A stretch of DNA of 64,000 nt from Perna viridis (lineage: Eukaryota). A program made the position numbers and the translations under genes. The notes below the pieces were generated by a model. That model was not told the DNA's origin. It was given only the letters and a program-made list of their open reading frames with translations, and did no database searches. Each line of letters begins with the position of its first letter. Positions within the stretch are counted from its first letter, which is position 1. This document shows, piece by piece, positions 51,201-63,200 of this stretch. The stretch lies in assembly GCA_037379345.1 (NCBI GenBank), contig CM074515.1:2666001-2730000 (forward strand), given 5' to 3'.

Positions 51201-54200
51201 CCACAACCAAAGAGTAAGTTATGATGGTATGAAGTGAAGGAGAAACTTGATTGAATTTTATACAGTAAATCAAAAGATTGGATACTTAACAGGTTGTGTT
51301 TACCTAATGTGTATTGTTTAACTGATGATCTCCATGTTAACCCTTATCGTGCTGTGCCAGGACTAGTCCGGTTTCGTATATCGAGACGTTATGGCTACAC
51401 CCGGACTAGTTCGGGATTGGGGTTTTCCCTTCTTAGTCAGCTATATATGTTCGCCAATCGAATGTAGGCTTTAAATAAACATTTATATTGCTTAAATAAT
51501 GTTTAATACAAGCAATTTGATTGGTTTTCTGTTGTCTTGCGTAATTTTAACGAGAATATCTAGGGTTAAAATATTTGCATATGAATGAATAGGCGTAATG
51601 GCTGCTTTTATCCCTCAACATAAGGACTTTTTTTGTGAACTTCTGAACAATTCTGATAGTGAGGGCAAATTTAAAGGTTTCGATTCATTGGACGATGATG
51701 AACAGCTACCAGAAAACAATAATGGAGATATCCTGATGGAAAATTGGCTGTCTGGGGACAAAAAATACAATCACATTATTATATATCTTTATTTTCACAC
51801 CTTAATTAATATTTACAGATAAAATACAGGTAAAAATAGGTCATAATTACAAATTATAATTAGAATATAAAAGTACAGGTACTCACCTTTCAAAGATATA
51901 TATGACACGACCACAATATCATAGAAATCAAGTTGCTATAAGCATTAGGACAGTCCATACCCTTCTCAATCAGAATATAAAAAAAATTATCAGCCACAGC
52001 ATCTAAGCCCTATATATTATATATAGCACTACAAGGGTAAATGCACTGAAACATTCAGTTTTACTTAATGTGTATTGCTAGACTGATTGTCTCCATGTTA
52101 GAACACTAAAACATTCAGTTTTTACTTAATGTGTATTAGTTGACTGAATGTCTCCATGTTAATACACTAAAGAAGTACAGTTTACAAAATTATTCTTCTC
52201 TATATAAGATGTTTGATCATTAAAGTCAATGTTAAAAGTATGAAATAATCTTGTCATTACTGATTAATCTGCTTTAATGTAACATGGGGCTGATTGTGTT
52301 TTAATGTAACATGGGGCTGATTGTGTTTTAATGTAACATGGGGCTGACTGTGTTTTAATGTAACATGGGGCTGATTGAAGTTCAAGAATGTTTAAAAGTC
52401 AATGAGATGTCAAAGACAACAGATGAAAGCAAGTGCTAATATTGTCCATATTTATTTGTCTAAAATGAAATTCTAAATTTACTTTACAAACAATTTTAGA
52501 TGTATGTGTGTACAAAGGAAACATGTACCAACAGAATCAGCAGTGGTATGATGGCTGTAATGCAAAATGTCGCTGTGAGAATTCCCAAACTGGATACTAT
52601 AGATGTGAGGAGAGGTAAGTTATTACAGTCTATCTCTTAAACATTTGAAGTTAATTAATTTTGATCTATTAAACAGTGATGATTGTTTATATAACCCTAC
52701 AAAGAATGCCTTACATGAATTGTGTTATACCATTACAGATGTGCCAGATATGACCAAATACCAAGTGCTTGTATTATGGTAGCAGATCCAGCTGACCCAT
52801 CCTGTTGTAAGGTACCACAATGCCCAGTTAAACCAACTGCTGGACCTACACCAACCCCAGGTTTCATACCCAACCCACTGACTCCCAAACCTGGTGTTAT
52901 TACTGGTATTGCACCAAATCTTCAGCCCACATTGACCCCACCTCCTGTTATTGGAGGAACTACAAAAGCTCCTACACCTAAGAAAGGTAAGACTTGTGTT
53001 TGCTTATTTCACACCTAAGGCTTATATTTTTACTGACTCCTACCAATTTACTGTAAGTTTTATAATGTATGAACTATGAATTTAAATGCCAGTAGCATGT
53101 ACTCTATTATAGTTATGGCTTAAACACTTTAAACATATACTGGTACCCTATTACATTAAATCGGTATAGCTGTTTTAAGCACCTGAGCATTTGACTAAAA
53201 AGTACCAGTAACTAAAAAAATGGTTTGGTCCATTGAACATTCAGTGCATTATTATGAGTGATATTTTTGTAACAGGATGTTTATACCGTGGTGTGGTATA
53301 TAACCAGGGATCTAAATGGGATGATGGATGTGACTACCAGTGTGAATGTTTAGATGATATGACAGGACAATATAAATGTGTTCAGAGGTAGAGTATCATA
53401 TGAGAGGGTTACGGTCAATAAAAGTTCTGGTGAGATTTTAGGATAGCCATTGATGCAATTACCTGCACAATACAGTTTTGTTCAGAGGTAGAAAACATAT
53501 AGCATTGTTTCTTATGACTGGGGTAAGGGTGGGGGTTTAGAATGTTATGATTTATTATCCCTATGAGTGTCATGTGGATGAGTCTCAGAGGAAAGGTTTT
53601 GAGTAGAAGCTATGGTTGTTACTATACCCAAAACAACAAAGTTTGAAGAATATGAAACCACCCGATCCAGAGAAAGATTTGAGCAATGTGCAAGTTAACA
53701 TCAAAGTTATCTGGTAGGGAAAGACACTATAGTCATTTTTAGCTTACCTGGCCGAAGGCCAAGTGAGCATATGCCATCGCTTTGCATCCGTCGTCGTCAT
53801 TGTCATGGACAAATTTTTAAAATCTTCTCCTCTGAAACTACTGGACTGACAGATTTTAAACTTGGCATGATTGTTCCTTAGGGTGTTCTGCACAAAATGA
53901 AAAAAACATAGCCACTGTTACTAAAAATAGAACATAGGGGTCAGATTGCAGTCTTTTGCAAATAACTCAAAAACTGTTGCCTTTAGCAAATGTTTGGTGG
54001 GGTAATATTGTTCCGCATCATGAGACGGACCTATGCCAAAATTTTCAAAACAATTGGTCAACTGATGTAGGAGTTGCGGCCCTTGAAACAGTTTTTTTGC
54101 ATTTTTCGCATGTGCAACTTTGAAAATCTTCTTCTCAAATTCCATTGCACAGAATTCAATGAAAGTCAACATTTATGTTCCTTAGGGTATCCCACACAAA

Positions 54201-57200
54201 TTGACAGATGGGATTGTTGATTCCTGAAAAGCATGGCCGCCATTACTAAAAATAGAACATAGGGGTCAGATGACAGTTTTTTGCAAATAACTCAAAAACC
54301 GTCGCCTTTAGCAAATTTCTGGCACGGGTAAAATTGTAAAGCATCATGAGAAGGACCAATGCCGAAATTTTCAAAATCATCCATTGACTAATGTAGGAGT
54401 TACAACCCCTGAAACAGTTTTTTTGTTATTTTTTTTTCACATGTACAACTTTGAAAATCTTCTTCTCTAAAACCATTTAAGATCATTGAATGCAAATTAG
54501 CATGATAGTTCTTTAGTGTGTTGTTCTCAAAATGACTGTTGTGATTTTTAATCTGTAAATAGATATGACTGCCTATACTAAAAATGGAACTTAGGGGTCA
54601 TAAGACAGGTTTTTGAAAAAAATTCAAAAATTGTAGCCTTTAACAAAATTTTGGTTCAGGTCATGAAAATGCTATGAATAATTTTAGTTGATTTTAACTT
54701 AGCCTGTCTCATTACTCAAGTTTTTCAAATAAGCAAATGGTTAACCAGGTGAGCAATTCAGGCTCTCTTGAGTCTCTAGTTTATGAAAGAGGTAGTAAAT
54801 ACAAGAATACCAATCATGTATATTACAAAAACTCCAGGAGTAACCTGCAACTAAAGTTATTGTAGCAACACTTATTATCGGTGAATTTAAATGTTATTTG
54901 TATAATAGGAGTTTTTAACATTATTTCAGGTAAACCAAATTATATTGTTATGAATTTCAGGTGTGCTAAGTACCCCAATCTAGACAGCCACTGTGTACTG
55001 GTACAAGATCCTAGTGATCCATGCTGTGAGAAGCCATTCTGTGACTATGTCAATCCTACACCATTCCCTACAGGAGTACCTACACCTAATCCATACATTA
55101 CACCATCTCCAAAACCAGGCCAGAACACTGTAGCTCCAACACCTGTACCAAGGCCTACCTTCAGTAAATGTGTATACAAGGGGGTATTCTACTCACAGGG
55201 TCAGACTTGGCAAGATGGATGCGACTTCACATGCCAGTGTGATGATTCCATGAACAACTTATATACTTGTCACAAGAGGTATTTTTTCATTTATGTATGT
55301 ATGTATTCCATTAATCAATTTTTTTGCTAACTAATGTTTAAGAGCTGTTGATTGACCTAATTTAAATTGGAATGTGATCAAACTTTTATGTAATCAGGGT
55401 CTTTTTTAAGAAAGCCAGACTCAGCTAGTTATGAATTTTAAAATCTGTTAAACAATTTCAGATGTAAAACCTACTCTCAGGTACCTGCTGGATGTAAACT
55501 GACAACTGACCCTAGTGATCAGTGTTGTCTGGTTCCCAACTGTAATATTAACCTCTTCCCCAATACTCCTGGTACAGTGGTTGGTGGTACTACGCCAGCT
55601 GGGTATACTGTTAACCCACAATACTACACTGGACCTTCAGGAACTAGACCACAATACATTTACCCAACACCCATACAGCCAGGAACATTCATTGGAACCA
55701 ACACTGGACAAAATCCATTTGTTCCAAACACAGGAACCAGTTTCACTGGAAGTAACCAAAGTTAGTAAAAGAAATCTGAGGCTACATATTCCTTCCTTTC
55801 TCTTTGGCTTATGCTCCTCTTATTTAAAACATCTATAAGCTTTGAGTTGAGTTAAGCAGATTAATTATTATAACACTATCAAGATTTTGTTTGTTCTTAG
55901 AGAGACAGTGTAAGATTTTTTTTTTCTTATTAGATTTAAGTAATTGCTCTTTTGATTAAGTTTTGTATGAAACAGTTGAGGTAAGTTGACTTTTTATATA
56001 TCTCTATCTTGACTTAATCACTTTTCCTCTTGTAATTTAGATATGTGTATCTACAAGGGTAAGATCTACCAGCAGGGACAGAAATGGGATGATGGCTGTG
56101 ACTATAGGTGTGAATGTTTTGATGCCACCAGAGGACAATATAGATGTACAGACAGGTAAAAACTGAAATTTGGAAGATGTCATCTGAGTAAATGTTGATT
56201 AAAAACTTTCTGTTGTCTTTGATTTCACAAATCACACTGGAATATTTTTCTCTATTATTTGTTCTACACATGACACTTGAATATTTTTCTCTATTATTTG
56301 TTCTACACATGACACTGGAATATTTTGTACAGTATTTTTCCTGCAAATGAATCTGGAGTATTTTGTACAATGTTTTTCTTATAAATGATTCTGGGATATT
56401 TTGTACACTATTTTTCCTGCAAATGAATTTAGGATATTGAATTAAAGAAAAAGACACGGTTTGGCGTGATCTGAGCAAATTCATCCATCTTCCAAAGTTT
56501 ATTTATTATATTGTAGATGTCCATCATATCCATTCCTTCCACCTCAGTGTACATATGTACAAGATCCCAAAGATCAATGTTGTCAAATGGCCAGATGTGA
56601 CAGCTTCCAGACACCTAATCCTAACCCTATTAGAACCCCAACTCCTGGACCAAATACACCTTCACCAAATGGCCCAACAACACACCAGCCAATTAACATT
56701 ACTCCAGGACAGAACACTGGACCTGTTGGCACTGTAACACCACCAAACCAAGTCACACAGACTATCACAGGAAGAACAGGCAAGTCATAAAGGTTATCCA
56801 TTTAATCAGAGGTCACTTTTAATTTATTAACATTTATATAGACCAAGATTGGTACAACAATGTATTGCACAAAATATTACAATGGAAATATATATCTACC
56901 AGAAGATTGCATGTTTCAATAATGAAATAATAATTTTAATATCTATGTTACATAAAAATCTGAATTGAATTTGTTTTTGGCTTGTTACTATTCCAAGTAC
57001 AGTATTTTAAAGTTGGTTTAATGCAGAAAAAAGTGTGAAAATAGTATATACAACTTTCTTTAAACTCTCTTAAGTAATGTGAGAAAGTCAATACAGAAAT
57101 AGTGAATCATAATATACTTAATACTATTGAAGTATTGATAGGGATTTTATGAGGTCATTTTGTAGCACTATTGAAGTATTGATAGGGATTTATAAGGTCA

Positions 57201-60200
57201 TTTTGTAGCACTATTGAAGTATTGTTAGGGATTTATGAGGTCATTTTGTGGCACTATTGAAGTATTGTTAGGGATTTATGAGGTCATTTTGTAGCACTAT
57301 TGAAGTATTGTTAGGGATTTTATAAGGTCATTTTGTAGCACTATTGAAGTATTGTTAGGGATTTATGAGGTCATTTTGTAGCACTATTGAAGTATTGTTA
57401 GGGATTTATGAGGTCATTTTGTAGCACTATTGAAGTATTGATAGGGATTTTATAAGGTCATTTTGTTGGATTCAAGTTAGGTTTACATAATTTGTGGCAT
57501 GATGACATCATTATCATCATCGCACAGTAATGACTGTTGGAATGACTATACCTTACAGTAATGATACAATTTTGTATGATAGAAAGGGTTTTATATCATT
57601 ATATTTTTATTTAGCATGTTAAGAATTTTTTTTATTTCTGTACAGATATGTGTATGTACAAGAATACATTGTATGCTAGAGGACAGAGATGGCAAGATGG
57701 ATGTAACCTAAACTGTATCTGTGAGAGCCCAGTTGGTAACCACTTCAGATGTACAGCTAGGTATTTCTCTACCTAAAGTTCAAACTAATAATTCTCAAGC
57801 CTTACTTCTCTTTTTTACATTAATTGAAATAGTCATTGCATTTCTTATCAGATTCTTGTATACATTTTTTTGTACTTTAAAAAGGTAAAATATTACCCAG
57901 AAACAACTTTCTGTAGTGATACTTCAAACTTATTGTTTTGGTTGAGGATACTCTTTGACAGTTGTCAATCCATTATAGAAGCAACATGTTTATTACAGTG
58001 TATTTAATTTATGCCTTTGTTTTAAGGTGTAAATCGTACTCCAGTATTCCAAACTTCTGTACATTGGTACAAGATCCTAATGATGCATGCTGTTCTACAG
58101 TCAGATGTAATGTTAATGGACAACAGTTGACCCCATTGATCCCTGATGGCAGACCCACACCATCACCCACCTTGGCACCTAACATGATCAATGTTGTACC
58201 TCTTGGTACACATACAGTCATCACTGGATCAGGATTACCTAATGGTCAGGTTCCAGGGGCAACTGGAGGCAGAAGTAAGATCATAGCAAAGTGTTTGATA
58301 TTGGTTCTAATAAAAAAGAAAAATATTAACACATATTCCCAATGTATATTGAAAGCAAAACCTTTTTCAACAATTGCAAATAAACAAATGCCAAAAGCTG
58401 GCGTATTGTGTTTTTTTTTCTCTCCAAGAGTGTCAGGTTTATATCACTATTTTGTTCACTATGCTATAGTATGTTCCAGAGGATTTGTTTTAAAAGTCTA
58501 ATGATTTTAGGTGTGTGTATCTACCACGGCCAGGTGTACAAACAGGGAGAATCATGGGACGATGGATGTAAATATGTATGTACATGTGAAGATGGAAGTA
58601 CTGGAATGTACAAGTGTACTTCTAAGTAAGTAATATAAGTACATGCATAGAAATAAGAATATACAAGTAAATTTTATTGTCCGGATATGACTGAACTTGT
58701 CTAATCTTATTATCTGATACACCTTGCCAACAGAAAAAAGTGTTGGTTAAAAATTAATGCTGAAATGCACAGTTTGGAAGAACATCAATTATAGAACATA
58801 CAAGCACAGGATCTATATAAACTTGCTCTGTATTTACAGATGTCCACAGTATCAAACTATTTATATAAACTTGCTCTGTATTTACAGATGTCCACAATAC
58901 CCAGCTATCCCATCATTCTGTTCCTTCACTAAAGTTCCAGGCCAGTGTTGCCCATCCCTACATTGTAACAGCCCAACCTTTGGTAACTACAACCCTCTGC
59001 CACAACTGGTCCCAACACCCAGACCAAATGTAACACCCACTCCAGGAAACCCTAATCTGATTGTACAGCCACAGCCTGGAACTGGAACTTCTGGACAGAA
59101 CCCTATTGTTGTTTCACCAGGAACAAGTCAGACATCATTTACAGGAAATACTGATAGTAAGTCATTGTTTCATCATTCTTAATTCCAATTTCTTAGGACA
59201 GACATAAAAAGTTTCCCCAAAAATTGGAAGTAAATATTTGCTTTTTTTAAAAGAATAATCAAGGGAACCAAGGCCACAGCGGCAACCAAAAGAATGCAAC
59301 CCAGGGACAAAGACCAGACATGGAAAACAGACACAAACAACAAAGAACATAAAGTAACTAAAAGGGAGTAAGATTTAAATAAATGATGTTATTTTCTGAC
59401 TTGAGTATTAGCCAGGGTAAATAACACATGTGTTTGATAGATAAGTGAACAATTGTAAAAGGAAACTAAATACAAACAAAATTCAAATAAAATACATAAA
59501 AATATAGAAATGAGACACAAACTTTTGGCCCTATGGCTTTCGTTGGGGGCAAAAAGTTCTGGTGCCGTTTTATGAATTTCACATAAAGTTGATGATAATT
59601 TTTCAGACTTCTGTATCTACAAGGGTAAACTTTACAACAAAGGAGATAAGTGGGATGATGGATGTGACTACAGTTGTGAATGTCTTGAAGGAAGAAGTGG
59701 ATACTATCAATGTAAACCTAAGTATGTGTAAACCAATACTGTGAAAGTATTATTGTTCGTCAGGTACCAATTTTCATGGTTTTCATGGGCTTGGTAAACC
59801 ATGAAATTTGGTTCCCAATGAAAAGGAAATTTTCCATTCGTTTTTTAGCTCACCTGGCCAAAGGCCATGTGAGCTATTGCCATCTCTTGGTGTCCATCGT
59901 CATCGTCTGTTGTTGTCTGTCATCATCGTCATTAACAATTTTTCAAAACTCTTCTCCTCTGACACTACTTGACCAATTGGATCCAAACTTTGTATGAATG
60001 TTCCTTGGGGTATCATGCATAGAACTGATGTGGGGATGGCTGCTGTTACTAAAAAATAGAACATAGGGGTCAGACAGTAATTTTTGGCATTTATCTCCAA
60101 AACCGTTAGGTTTAGCCAAAATCTGACGGATAAAATTGTTCAACATGATGAGATCTATCTGTGGTCAAATTTTCATTTTAATCTGTTAAGCCATGTTGGA

Positions 60201-63200
60201 GTTACTGCCCTTTTTCGACATTTTTTGCTATTTTTAATGTTATTTCTTTCAAAAATCTACTCCTCTGACACTACTTGACCAATTGAAACCAAACTTGGTA
60301 TGAATGTTCCTTGGGGTATCATGCATAGAACTGATGTAGAGATTTTTGATCTGTCAAAAAACATGGCCACTGTTACTAAAATTAGAACAAAGTGGTCAGA
60401 CAGTAGTTTTTCGCATATATCTCCAAAACGGTTTGGTTTAGCCAATTCTGACATGGTGTTAAAGTGTTCAGCATGATGAGATCTATCTGTGGTCAAATTT
60501 TCATTTTAATTTGTTAAGCCATGTTATTGCCCATTTCAACGTTTTTTTGCTATTTTTAATGTTATTTCTTAAAGTCTTCTCATCTGACATTATTTGACCA
60601 ATTGGAATCGAACTTGGTATGAATGTTCCTTGGGGTATTGTGAATAGAACTGATGTGGGGATTTTTTATCCATCGAAAAAAACATGGCCGCTTTACTAAA
60701 AATAGAACAAAGTGGTCAGATAGTAGTTTTTCACACATTTCTCCAAAACCGTGAGGTTTAGCAAAATTATTTCTATAGCTGAAATGACCCTTATTATAAG
60801 GCCTTCAAAAGTCTTCAGGGATCAAAGTTGTCAGGTGACTCCTTGTATTGCCCTTGAAAGATGAATTTTTACAGTTTTCAGCCAATATCTTGAAAACTAT
60901 AATAGATAAAAAGAAACTTTCTGTCGCTGAAATGATCCTTTTGATAGTCCTACCAAAGTCTTCTTGAATCATAACTGTAGGACAACTCCTTGTTAAATTT
61001 ATTGCCCTTGAAAGACAAACTTTAATCAGGTGAGCGATTCAGGCTCTTGGGAGCCTCTTGTTTATAGTTTTAAATCCATGAACTGATAACTTTTCCCTAA
61101 ACCCTGAAAACTAGTATCCATGGAGTACCTTCAAAGTATCCTACATTCTTAATAGTTAAATACTTTGTCAAAATATTGTTTTAGTTTTTAATAACATGGC
61201 AGTGCTAAGTTTCACAGAGAAGAAAGTCTTAATTCAAAACAAAACAGAAGTCTCATGCAATGAATGATAATTGATATGAATTGATGGCAAGCTGTTCCTT
61301 GTAGTAATATAAATCCTTTTACAGATGTCCGACATACCCCAACATGCCATCCCAATGTTACATGACGAGAACTCCAGGAGAATGTTGTAACAAACCAATG
61401 TGTACTGGACCTGACGGCAGTGCTGTTAACCCCCTCCTACCAAACAGTAAATACCCAGTCTATGGTAGCTTTGGTGGACAATTCACAGGATTTAGACCTA
61501 ACTACATCCCAGGCCAAGTCTCTGTCACTGGAAACAGGACAAGTAAGTATATCACATGGAGGGGATCAGACTCAATTACTCCAAATCTGTCAAAGCCTGG
61601 GAAACTGATTTCTTTATTATATCTTTAGCTATTTATTGCCATTTAAATTGAAATAAAACTAGTGACCTTAAGGATAAACCAAGGAACTTAATCATCTACA
61701 TGACTAAGGAATGAAATAGAATGAGTATATGGAACATGACAAAGGAATAGAGTGAGTATATGGAACATGACTAAGGAATAGATTGAGTATATGGAACATG
61801 ATTAAGGAATGAAATAGATGGAACATGAATCAAAAGAGAGAGAATATGTGAAACTTACAGGTCTTGGGTCTTATTAGATATTTATTTGCGGTGATACATT
61901 ACTACTTTATTACAATAAAAATTATAAAAAAAAGTAAATAAATTGGAAGCTAACAGCATAAACAATTATAGAAGCTGAGTGCTTTATTACATTGTATATG
62001 AAATTAGGAGGGTGAGAAACCAACCATGATTCAGTATCATGACATGATAACTACATGTATGTTCATTCTTTGGCAATATCATCACATGATAAATACATGT
62101 ATGTTCATTCTTTGGCAGTGTCATCACATGATAAATACATGTATGTTCATTCTTTGGCAGTATCATGACATAATATATATACATGTATGTTCATTATTTT
62201 TATTATGACTTTTCTGAATATTTAAGATGTGTGTATCTACAAGGGAAGAGTTTATCAGCAGAACCAGAGATGGGAAGATGGATGTGACTACTCATGTGAA
62301 TGTATTGATGCTTCCATGGGACAATACAGATGTACTGCTAGGTAAGTATTGTGATACTTTAGTTAGTTAAGGTATATAGGTAGTTTCATGTGATGATATG
62401 ATGTACTGCTGGATTAAGTCATGTGACTATATTGTGAACTGCTTGGTAGTTTCATGTGACAATGTGTTGTACTGCTTAGTATATTCATGTGACAGCATGT
62501 GTTACTGCTGGGTTGTGTGAATTACAATAGTTCATAATGGGAACATAAAGACAAAATGATAGCATACATGTAGTACAAACTTCTGTTTGAAAAAAGATGT
62601 ATTTTAATAAGATCAGTAAAAATGTTTATGAATGGTGATTGTGCTGTATTGCTATGCATTTAAAAAGTTGTTAGCAGTTGTTTGGTTCATTTCTGCCATG
62701 CTATTTATTTTTTTTTACACAGATGTCCAACATACAATGCCCTACCATCAGCATGTAGAATGTTTGATGTACCAGGAGACTGTTGTAAGGAAGTCCGATG
62801 TGACAACAGTCAAGTTCCACCAACCCCACTGGCACCCACTCCTCTTCCTAACACTCCTGTACCACACATAGATCAAAACTGTTATGATGCTATTTCTAAC
62901 TGTAAAGCCTATGGACAACAAGCCTGCTCAGCAATGTATGATGCATGGTCCAGAAAGAACTGTAACTTGACTTGTGGTCATTGTGGTAAGTTTTGAAACA
63001 AAAATCTTGTAATCTTGATTTTTTTATTTGAATTCTCAACCTATCCTAGGATAGTTATACCTCTGCTCCATAGGAGGTGTATACTGTTTTACCTGTGTCC
63101 ATCATTCTGTCATTCTGTCATTCCATTATTCTGAAACACATTTTATTTGCAGTTTCTGAAAATCACAGGCTGTTGAAATTTGATACAAATTTTTATATAG

